Source: Myxococcota bacterium
GTDB taxonomy: Bacteria > Myxococcota_A > UBA796 > CAJQPC01
Reading direction: 5' to 3'
Length of the DNA stretch: 53,077 nucleotides
Assembly (NCBI GenBank): GCA_036012755.1
Contig: DASCPX010000140.1
Coordinates: 1 to 53,077, forward strand
Positions 45,292-53,077 of the stretch are shown here, in pieces; positions within the stretch are counted from its first letter, which is position 1, and each line of letters starts with the position of its first letter. The position numbers were made by a program, and so were the translations under genes. The notes beneath the pieces are model-generated. The model searched no databases and was not told the origin of the DNA. It saw nothing but the letters and a program-made list of their open reading frames with translations.

Positions 45292-47675
45292 ACTCCGGGG
45301 GCGCCTCGTCGCCTCCGCCGGGTCACGACCACCGCCATCAACAGCGCCAGGCTGCCCGCGGGCAGGCCCCCGCTGCATCCACAGATGGGTTGGAGGCCAG
45401 GGGTTGGCTTGGCCGGCTCGTCCGTGTCGCCAGGGGTCGAGGTGTCTTCGCTGTCCTGGGGCTGCTCCACGATGTCGTCGAGGACGAAGTCCCAGATGCC
45501 GCGACCGTAGGTGCCGAAGCGGATGAGGCCACCCTCCTCGACGGCCTGGGCGTCCCAGTAGATCGTGATGGGTGCGGTGTCGGAGGTGATGTCGATCCAC
45601 TCGTCGCCGTCGGCCTCGCGCATGTAGGCGGCGGTCTCGGTCCCGGCGAAGACCCGCCCCGAGTAGTCCGGGGCCTCGACGAGATCGTAGACCTGGGTGT
45701 AGGGCAGCCCCTCGTCCCAGGCCTCCCAGCTGCGCCCACCGTCGGTGGAGCGGTAGACCTCGTGAGCGTTGTAGCCGCTGCCGCCGACATAGACGACGTC
45801 CTCGTCCAGGCGCGAGGGCAGCACGGCGTGGCCGTACCAGTACTGGCTGTAGTTGAGCGTGTCGGAGCGGGTCCAGTTGACCCCGGCGTCCTCGCTCCAG
45901 AAGACCCGCCCGTAGTTGGTGGCTGCCCAGGCCTTGTCCGAGTTCAACGGGGAGAACGCGATGGCCGAGAGGTACTCGTAGCCACCCTGGTTGTCGAAGT
46001 CCTTGTCGGAGTAGCGGCTGGAGCTCCAGCCGTTGCCTCCCTTCTCGTAGCGCCAGAGCCTGCTGCCGCAGAAGAAGAAGGCCGTGTTGTCGTTCGGGTC
46101 CGCCACGATGGGGGGCAGCCAGGACGCGGAGTCGTTCGGGAAGCTCGCGTAGGAGAGCTCCGGGTCGTTCTCTCTGTACTGCACGAGCACGATGCCCGGG
46201 TAGACGCTGTAGACGTACTGGTGGCTGCCGTCGCCGCTGGTGAGGTGGGCGTAGTCACCGGAGATGAGCTGCTCGAACTCCAGGGGCCCCTCGTTGTCCT
46301 CGTCTGTCCACTGGTAGCCCTGGTCCTGGGCGCCGGCGGCGATGTTGCCCGTCACGTTCGAGGTGTGTGTCGTGTAGTACTGGCTGACTCGAAGGCCGCT
46401 CATGGAGAGGTTCCGCACGGTCTCCAGCTGGTCCGTGCTCCGATACAGTCCGCCGTCGGTGCTGACGTACCAGAGCTCGCTGCCGTCTTCCTGTAGCACC
46501 ACGTCGATGCCCATGATGTCGGCGTGCAGCCTCGTCAGGGGCTGGGAGTAGTAGTCACCCCAGGAGTTCATGCGGGAGAAGTTCGACCCATTCCGTGTCG
46601 AATAGAACTCCACTCCTCCGTAGGCCGCGACGTCGACGTCCGTGATGGATGCCTGCAGCTCTCCCCAGTAGTCGTTCAGGCTATTCACCTGGGTCCAGCT
46701 CTGGCCATCGTCGTCGCTCGAGTACAGACGCTCTCCGCCGTGCGCCAGCCACATCCGACCAGCCTCCGAGATGGCCAGCTCGGCCCGGGAGCCGCCCAGC
46801 CCCAGGGCCGCCACCTCGTCCCAGCTGTCACCACCGTCCAGGCTCTGCCAGAGGCTGTCGTCGTCGACGAGCCACGCCCCCTCGTATGCGCCCTCTGCCC
46901 GGGGGACCCAGACGTCTCCTGCGTAGTCGCCGAGGTCTCGGATGTCCTCGAAGGACTCGCCGCCGTCGATGCTGCGGAAGAGCGTGTAGCTGGTCGGCCA
47001 GTCGTAGCCGGCGAGGACGAAGATGGTCTCGTCGTCGGCCACGACCACGCGCTTGATGGTCCAGTAGCCGTCGAGGCCATCGCTGGCGGTCCAGGTGTCG
47101 CCGTCGTCGTCGCTGTAGTGGAGCCACGCGGAGCCGTTGACCGCGAAGACCCGGTGGGGCGAGTCAGCGCTGCGCGGATCGAGCACGGCGAGCCAGTGGG
47201 CGCCGCCGTAGAGGCCGTCTCCGATGGGGGTCCAGTCCTCGCCGTCGAGGCTGCCCTTCCAGACACCTCCCAGGGCGCTGCCGGCGTAGAGCCCGCTGCC
47301 GTCCAGGGCGTGGGTCGCCACGTGCATGCGCCCGGCCTGGTTCTCGGAGCCGCGCTCCACCCAGTGTCCGTCTTCTGGCCCCCTGGGACCCCTGGCCAAC
47401 AGGCGCCGCTTCTCCATCTGGGCCAGGCCGTTTTCCGCCTCGATGGCCTTGTAGTCCACACCCGGCGCGGTCTTGTGAAAGCCGGCGATCCACTCCTTGC
47501 GGGCCTTGTTGTTCTTCTTCTCCACGTCCGCGGCGAGCCAGTGCTCAGTCGGCGGCGGAGGGGGCAGCTCGGCGGCGTTCGGCAGATCCACGCCGGTCTC
47601 GCCCCTCGGGATCAGGACGAAGGCAGCCCCAGCCGCGAAGAGGGCGAGGGCGGTCAGGAACAGCGAGCGGCGCAT
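45270..47675 (-). CDS. BNR/Asp-box beta-propeller (VPS10/glycoside-hydrolase-like) surface protein with MYXO-CTERM-like tail
   Basis: Repeated SxDGGxxW boxes, LHAD, TDGGLYRS, SQYY, GTYGRGIW; ICGCS-TM-RRRRR. Confidence 0.82.
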   Translation of the reverse strand: MRRSLFLTALALFAAGAAFVLIPRGETGVDLPNAAELPPPPPTEHWLAADVEKKNNKARKEWIAGFHKTAPGVDYKAIEAENGLAQMEKRRLLARGPRGPEDGHWVERGSENQAGRMHVATHALDGSGLYAGSALGGVWKGSLDGEDWTPIGDGLYGGAHWLAVLDPRSADSPHRVFAVNGSAWLHYSDDDGDTWTASDGLDGYWTIKRVVVADDETIFVLAGYDWPTSYTLFRSIDGGESFEDIRDLGDYAGDVWVPRAEGAYEGAWLVDDDSLWQSLDGGDSWDEVAALGLGGSRAELAISEAGRMWLAHGGERLYSSDDDGQSWTQVNSLNDYWGELQASITDVDVAAYGGVEFYSTRNGSNFSRMNSWGDYYSQPLTRLHADIMGIDVVLQEDGSELWYVSTDGGLYRSTDQLETVRNLSMSGLRVSQYYTTHTSNVTGNIAAGAQDQGYQWTDEDNEGPLEFEQLISGDYAHLTSGDGSHQYVYSVYPGIVLVQYRENDPELSYASFPNDSASWLPPIVADPNDNTAFFFCGSRLWRYEKGGNGWSSSRYSDKDFDNQGGYEYLSAIAFSPLNSDKAWAATNYGRVFWSEDAGVNWTRSDTLNYSQYWYGHAVLPSRLDEDVVYVGGSGYNAHEVYRSTDGGRSWEAWDEGLPYTQVYDLVEAPDYSGRVFAGTETAAYMREADGDEWIDITSDTAPITIYWDAQAVEEGGLIRFGTYGRGIWDFVLDDIVEQPQDSEDTSTPGDTDEPAKPTPGLQPICGCSGGLPAGSLALLMAVVVTRRRRRGAPGVQWKPSL

Positions 47676-47775
47676 CGGGGACAACCTCGGGACGAGAGCA
47701 TCGCCCGGCGAGGAGGTGTCCTGCTCCCAAGAGCTTGTGAATTGCCCCCGGCATGACGGCGGCTACAACGTTGGA

Positions 47776-48873
47776 ATGCGCAAGGTCGTCATCGGCACCT
47801 CGGTCGCCCTCACGGGCGTGGTTTTCGCCTGGGGGGTCCTGTGCCTCCCTCAGTTCGGCGCCCGCGCCGGTGGCGAGCGCCTCGAGCGCATGAACGCCTC
47901 TCCCAACTTCCTGGGGGGCAAGGCCCAGAACGTCGTGTTCACCAAGACCGCGACCATGACCGAGATGATGCCGGTCGTGAAGGAGTACCTGGACAGGGGC
48001 GTCGAGCGCTTCCCGACGGGCGAGATCCCCATCGTCCGGCCGGATCCGGAGACGATGATCCTGGGCGAGGGGCTGCACCTGACCTGGATGGGCCACAGCT
48101 CGATGCTGCTCGACCTCGACGGCACCACCGTCCTCACCGATCCGGTCTTCTCCGAGCGGGCGAGCCCCTTCGAGAGCTCCGGGCCCCTGCGCTTCCACCC
48201 GACGCCGCTTGCCGTGGAGGAGCTGCCGCCCATCGACGTGGTGCTGTTGTCCCACGACCACTACGACCACCTCGACCACGCCACCATCGCGGAGCTGGCA
48301 TCTCGCGACACGCGCTTCGTCGCGCCGCTCGGGGTGGGCGCCCACCTGGAGTCATGGGGCGTGCCCGCCGAGAACATCACGGAGCTGGACTGGGGGGAGT
48401 CCGTGCTCGTGAACACGGTGCGCTTCCACTGCACCCCGGCTCGTCACTTCTCAGGGCGGGGCCTGGCTGACCGCAACAACACCCTGTGGGCCAGTTGGGC
48501 CATGGTCGGGCCAGAGCACCGGGTCTGGTTCTCCGGAGACACCGGCCCCTTCGAAGAGGCCGCGGCCATCGGCGAGGAGCACGGGCCCTTCGACCTCACG
48601 ATGATCGAGATCGGCGCTTGGAACGCCGCCTGGGGCGACGTGCACCTCGGACCGGAGGGAGCGCTGGAGATGCACGAGCTTCTCGGCGGGGCCGTCATGA
48701 TGCCCATCCACTGGGGCACCTTCGAGCTCTCCACCCACGCCTGGGACCAGCCCATCCAGAAGGTGCAGGAGCTGGCAGAAGAGCGAGGTGTCACCTTGCT
48801 CTCCCCGCTTCCGGGACAGCGCGTGTCACCTGCTGCTCCAGAGGTCGCCCGGTTCTGGAAGGACCGCACCTAG
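47776..48873 (+). CDS. MBL-fold metallo-hydrolase (RomA/NAPE-PLD-like)
   Basis: TWMGHSS, TDPVFSERASP, SHDHYDHLD, PARHFSGRG, FSGDTG, PIHWGTF. Confidence 0.9.
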   Translation: MRKVVIGTSVALTGVVFAWGVLCLPQFGARAGGERLERMNASPNFLGGKAQNVVFTKTATMTEMMPVVKEYLDRGVERFPTGEIPIVRPDPETMILGEGLHLTWMGHSSMLLDLDGTTVLTDPVFSERASPFESSGPLRFHPTPLAVEELPPIDVVLLSHDHYDHLDHATIAELASRDTRFVAPLGVGAHLESWGVPAENITELDWGESVLVNTVRFHCTPARHFSGRGLADRNNTLWASWAMVGPEHRVWFSGDTGPFEEAAAIGEEHGPFDLTMIEIGAWNAAWGDVHLGPEGALEMHELLGGAVMMPIHWGTFELSTHAWDQPIQKVQELAEERGVTLLSPLPGQRVSPAAPEVARFWKDRT

Positions 48874-48892
48874 GCGGGACCGCGGGCCGGGC

Positions 48893-50632
48893 TCAGTCGT
48901 CGGGATCGTGGTCGTGACGGTGGCCGTGGGCGAGCTCCCCCGCTCGCGCCGCCTCGACCGGACCGAGGCCGTGGTGGGTGTGTTCGTGGGCGTGGCCGTG
49001 GTTGTGGTCGTGGTCGTGGCCGGCGCCGGGTCCGCCCAGGTCCGAGAGCACCGCCAGCCATCCTCGGGGACCCACCTTCCAGGCGCTGACCATCAGCAGC
49101 ACGGCCAGCACGCAGAGGGCCGGCAGCTCCGCGGCGGGGAGGGTCAGCGGCGTCGCCTCGGCTGGGGCGAGCAGGTGTGAGAGGGCGAGGCCGAGCAGCA
49201 CGAACAGCCCGGTCGCCGCGAGACCCCGGAGCCCCCAGGCCCGCTTGACGAAGGCGAGGTTGGCCTGGTTCAAGGCTGGACCGATGACCAACACGGCGAG
49301 CACGACCTCGCCGGGCACTCCCTTGGCCCAGAGCACAGCGGCCAGCGGGATCGCGGCGGTGGCCGAGACGAAGAGCGGAATGGCCAGCAGCACGGCGAGC
49401 AGCCAGAGGTGGCTGTGGCCGCCGAGACTCGGGACGAAGGCGTCGACGGCCGCGGCGAGCACGACCCCGGCGACGACCCAGGGGCCCGTGTGGAGCAGGG
49501 TCTCGGACAGCGCCACCCGCGCCCGCAGCCAGAAGGAGCCCTCCGAGACGGGGATGCGCCGGGCCTCCCCCTCTGCCCCCGGTCCGAAGAGCACCAGGGC
49601 CGCGAGCAGGGCAGCGACGATCGCTACGCCGAAGCGCGCCGCGGCCATCGGCCAGCCGAGCATGGCGCCGGAGAGCAGGAGCGTGTCCAGGCCCAGCGCC
49701 GGGGTCACGAGCAGGAAGGCCAGCACCGCGGCGGGAGCGGCGCCGCGGGTCTTCAGGGCCTGGCTCATCGGCAACACCGAGCACTCGTTGATCGGCACCG
49801 TCGCTGCCGACAGCGCTCCTCGGAGCAGCGAGGGGCGGCCTGGCAGATCGGTGCCCAGGGCCTGGAGACCGGCCGCTGCGAAGAGACCCAGCACCAGGGC
49901 GGGCGCCATCGACGCGCTGACGTCGACGAGGCTGGAGTGGAATGCACCGGGCTCTGTCGCGATCAGCAGCGCCGGGACGGAGCCTCCGAGCACGAAGGCG
50001 CCCAGCTCGATCGAGCGTCCCCGGACCCCGCTCGGCGGTGCCTCCCAGAGGTCGTGCCAGAGCACGTGGAGCAACAGCCCGCCGATGAGCGCCGGCAGCC
50101 AGCCGACATCTCCCAGGGCCTCGAGCCCGTACATTCCCCCGAGCACGCCCAGCGCCGTGAAGACCAAGAGGCCCAGGCCGCGTGTGAGGGCGCTACGCAT
50201 CCCGTCTCGCTGTGCAAAGCCGAGGGTGACCGCGCCGACCAGCGGCACCGAGTGGGCCCCGACGGCGAGGACGATGGCCCAGCCGCTGTCGCCGAGGGAG
50301 AGCCCGGCCCCCACCTGCACGCCGTCGAGGAGCTGGTGCGCGCAGAGGGCCACGAAGGCGAGCTCCGAGCCCAGGCTGCGGGTCTTGCGCAGGCGGGCTC
50401 CCAGGCGCTCGAGCAGCCCGGGCCCCAGCAGGCCGCCGCCCAGCCAGCACAGCGCCGGCCAGCCGATGCGCTCGCCGGAGTCGGGCAGCAGATCGCCGAG
50501 GACCACGCTGAGCGCGACGGCGATGGCGAAGGCGGCCGCAGGGCCTCGCAGACCCCTGCGGAAGACCGGCGTCAGCGCCAGCCCGATGCCCAGGGCCACG
50601 GGGACCAGCGCGGCGAGCAGGGCGACCAGCAT
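48893..50632 (-). CDS. Metal permease: ZIP-like N-half fused to DUF318-type permease, His-rich tail
   Basis: AHQLLDG..AHSVP..LLHVLWHD; PINECSVLP, AFLLVTPALG, PLFVSATAAIP, GPALN; HDHDHNHGHAHEHTHH. Confidence 0.72.
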   Translation of the reverse strand: MLVALLAALVPVALGIGLALTPVFRRGLRGPAAAFAIAVALSVVLGDLLPDSGERIGWPALCWLGGGLLGPGLLERLGARLRKTRSLGSELAFVALCAHQLLDGVQVGAGLSLGDSGWAIVLAVGAHSVPLVGAVTLGFAQRDGMRSALTRGLGLLVFTALGVLGGMYGLEALGDVGWLPALIGGLLLHVLWHDLWEAPPSGVRGRSIELGAFVLGGSVPALLIATEPGAFHSSLVDVSASMAPALVLGLFAAAGLQALGTDLPGRPSLLRGALSAATVPINECSVLPMSQALKTRGAAPAAVLAFLLVTPALGLDTLLLSGAMLGWPMAAARFGVAIVAALLAALVLFGPGAEGEARRIPVSEGSFWLRARVALSETLLHTGPWVVAGVVLAAAVDAFVPSLGGHSHLWLLAVLLAIPLFVSATAAIPLAAVLWAKGVPGEVVLAVLVIGPALNQANLAFVKRAWGLRGLAATGLFVLLGLALSHLLAPAEATPLTLPAAELPALCVLAVLLMVSAWKVGPRGWLAVLSDLGGPGAGHDHDHNHGHAHEHTHHGLGPVEAARAGELAHGHRHDHDPDD

Positions 50633-50699
50633 CGGGGCCGTCTATCCCGAATGCGGATACTGCACCCTGTCGCTGCGGAATCCGCACCTGGAGACAACC

Positions 50700-52463
50700 A
50701 TGACGCTGCTCATCGCGCTGGCGTGCAACAAGCCGAGCCCTGACGACTCCCAGCCTGTGGTCCACGACAGCGACCCGGAGATCCACGACTCCGACGAGCC
50801 CGTGGACACGGGCCCCTTCGACGAGGACGGGGATGGCTACGCAGCCAAGGACGACTGCGACGACGGCGACGTGGGGGTCCATCCCGACGCCAACGAGTTC
50901 TGTGACGGCATCGACCAGGACTGCGACGGCGACATCGACGAGGACGCCATCGACGCGACGCTCTACTACCCGGACGCCGACGGCGACGGCTACGGCATCC
51001 TGGAGGGGCGGCTGAAGTCCTGCGAGGATGAGCTCGACGGCTACATGTCGGGTGGCACCGGGCAGTGGGACTGCGACGACGATGACCCCGACGTGCACCC
51101 GGCGGCAGAGGAGGTCTGCGACAACGGGGTCGACGACGACTGCGACGGAGGCACCTCGGAGAGCTGCCGGATGGAGGGCGAGATCAGCTCGGCGGACGCC
51201 ATCTTCCGCGGCACGGACGGTGACCTCGTCGGTCACGCGATGACGCTCGGCGACTACGACGGCGACGGCGCGGCGGATCTCGCCATCGACGCCCTGAACT
51301 CGGTGGACGACAGCGGCGTCTCGATCGGGCGGGTCTACATCGCCCAGGGACCCCTCTCCGGCGAGGTCGATCTGGCGACCGGCTCCGTCGCCAACTTCAG
51401 CGGCTCCGGCGCGGACCTCGGCGACTATGCTCGCATCGGCGATCACGTCGTCTCGGCGGACTTCGACGAGGACGGCAACGACGATCTCCTCATCTCCGTC
51501 CACCTGGGGGACTTCGACGACGACAGCTCGGGTGCGGTCTTCCTCCACTACGGTCCCTTCAGCGGGGACATCGACGTCGCCGACGCCGCCGGGCTCTACG
51601 GCACCTCCGCCAACGACGGCTTCGGCCACCCGATCATCCATGGGCAGGACCTCACCGGAGACGGTCAGATCGACCTCGTCGTCGGGGGAACCGGCGCCGA
51701 GTCCGTGTGGGTCTTCGACCGCGTGCCGACAGAGGACGAGCGCCCCGACATCGCCTTCGCCACGGTCACCTCCGGGGTCTCCGGCACAGCGCTCTTCGGC
51801 CGCTTCGCCGACGCCAGCGGGGACACCGACGGCGACGGCGTCACGGACCTCGCAGTCTCGGCGCCGTGGGCTGGAGACGACGGCAGCGCCTGGGTGGTCC
51901 TCGGCCCCCTGTCCGGCAGCGTGGTCTGTGACACCGACGGAGTGGCCATCGAGGCCGAGAGCGGTGACGGCGGCATCGGCTACGGCGCGGTCAGCAACGG
52001 CGGGGACCTCGACGGCGACGGCTACGACGACCTGCTGGTGTCCCACTACCAAAACGGCGCCTGGGTCTTCCTGGGCCCGGTGGACTCTGCGCGCTCGACC
52101 TCGGCGGCCGATGCGCGCTTCCAGAGCAGCGTCTCGGCGGACTACTTCGGCGAGCGGGGGACTGGCATCATCGATGACCTCGACCTCGACGGCAGCGACG
52201 AGGTGCAGGTCGCCCAGCCCCAGATCGGCGGCGGCGGCCCGGGCTACGCCCGCTTCTGGTACGGCCCCGTGAGCGGGTCCTACACCCCCGCGGACGCGGA
52301 CTTCACCCTGGTCGGCGAGGCCGACGACGACTGGTTCGGCTACGAGCTCCACCCGGCGGACGACGCCAACGCCGACGGGGCCCCGGACCTGATGGTCGGC
52401 GCACAGGAAAACGGTGCCAACCGGGCAGGCGCCGCCTACCTCTTCACGAACTCCATCCTCTAG
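50700..52463 (+). CDS. Lipoprotein with 2 MopE-type repeats and FG-GAP (integrin-alpha-like) repeats
   Basis: GGAG SD; MTLLIALA-C; DCDD..HP.A.E.CD; GDYDGDGAADL, GDTDGDGVTDLAVSAP, GAAYLF. Confidence 0.85.
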   Translation: MTLLIALACNKPSPDDSQPVVHDSDPEIHDSDEPVDTGPFDEDGDGYAAKDDCDDGDVGVHPDANEFCDGIDQDCDGDIDEDAIDATLYYPDADGDGYGILEGRLKSCEDELDGYMSGGTGQWDCDDDDPDVHPAAEEVCDNGVDDDCDGGTSESCRMEGEISSADAIFRGTDGDLVGHAMTLGDYDGDGAADLAIDALNSVDDSGVSIGRVYIAQGPLSGEVDLATGSVANFSGSGADLGDYARIGDHVVSADFDEDGNDDLLISVHLGDFDDDSSGAVFLHYGPFSGDIDVADAAGLYGTSANDGFGHPIIHGQDLTGDGQIDLVVGGTGAESVWVFDRVPTEDERPDIAFATVTSGVSGTALFGRFADASGDTDGDGVTDLAVSAPWAGDDGSAWVVLGPLSGSVVCDTDGVAIEAESGDGGIGYGAVSNGGDLDGDGYDDLLVSHYQNGAWVFLGPVDSARSTSAADARFQSSVSADYFGERGTGIIDDLDLDGSDEVQVAQPQIGGGGPGYARFWYGPVSGSYTPADADFTLVGEADDDWFGYELHPADDANADGAPDLMVGAQENGANRAGAAYLFTNSIL

Positions 52464-53077
52464 CCCGGGCGTTCGCTCACCAGCAGGATGTTCGGCGCGG
52501 CCATCAGCCGCTTGACCGCGGGGGTGGTGAAGCCTGCCTCCACCATCCAGGCCGTCAGGGTCTCCTGGGGCCAGGCCTTGGCGCCGGAGATGAGGAAGAA
52601 GAAGAGCTCGTTCCAGCCGCCGCTCGCGTCGATGTTCTTCGGGTTGCCGGCGTCGCAGAACTCCGGAGACAGGTCCTTGTCGTGGAGCCGCTCGACCTCG
52701 CCCGTCCTGATGGCGTCCTCGAGCCCCCAGAGCATCTCCTGGCAGAAGCCGAGGAAGAGCACGCCGGCCTTCATGGACTTCTCCGCGTCCTCCAGCACCC
52801 ACTTCGTGGCGATCGAGGTGCAGCGGTAGCGGCCCTCTCTGCGGGAGAGCAGGCCGAAGCCGGTCAGGCAGTTCAGCAGGGCCTCCATGCCCGCCGGCGA
52901 GCAGTTCAGGTGCTCCGCCAGGGTCGCGGCGTCGGAGTCCCCCCGTCCCAGCGCGTCGAAGACACCGAGCCGGGTCGCGGCGACGACCGCGCGGGCGTAG
53001 CCCATGCCGAAGGTGATGTGGACCAGGGGCGTGGGGACCATGCCGGAGAGCAGGCCCATCGACTCGGCGAGGTTGTC
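52460..53077 (-). pseudogene. O-methyltransferase-like gene lacking its SAM-binding core; 5' end runs off the window
   Basis: Dimerisation wHTH (AATRLGVFDAL..LLNCLTGFGLL..GRY) joined almost directly to the C-terminal WMVEAGF segment; no DxGGG motif. Confidence 0.6.

Noticed and set aside
50651..50686. TGCGGA/TCCGCA inverted repeat between the permease and FG-GAP genes as a metal-regulator operator
   Set aside because: Short and GC-rich, no match to an operator I recognise, and no regulator adjacent

Overview
High-GC bacterial chromosomal segment, most consistent with a Myxococcota member. This assignment is inferred from MYXO-CTERM-like tails, MopE-type Asp/Cys repeats, Ser/Thr kinase-STAND-TPR proteins and the futalosine pathway; the very acidic exported proteins suggest a marine or saline habitat. 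Left part: a Gly-rich gene end, slyD, two tandem kinase-STAND-TPR genes with a convergent membrane PP2C, and three trypsin-like surface proteases. Next is a 7-gene futalosine-type menaquinone operon with a divergent GbsR/MarR regulator and a perfect palindromic operator. The rest holds many surface/adhesin-like proteins, a VapBC pair with a decayed HNH gene, two GT-C glycosyltransferases, an OmpA + thrombospondin-3 pair, and a 309-bp direct repeat flanking two genes. Most unusual: (1) an LpdD-like prenyl-FMN-chaperone domain fused to a ThiH-like radical SAM lyase (39179-40597); (2) MqnA fused to a hollowed-out MqnC/CofH-like domain lacking the Fe-S motif; (3) ultra-short signal peptides, recurrent D-T/S-G linkers and leaderless-type promoters throughout. 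I saw no rRNA, tRNA, CRISPR array or intact transposase. All family calls come from motif recognition by eye; no database searches were run.
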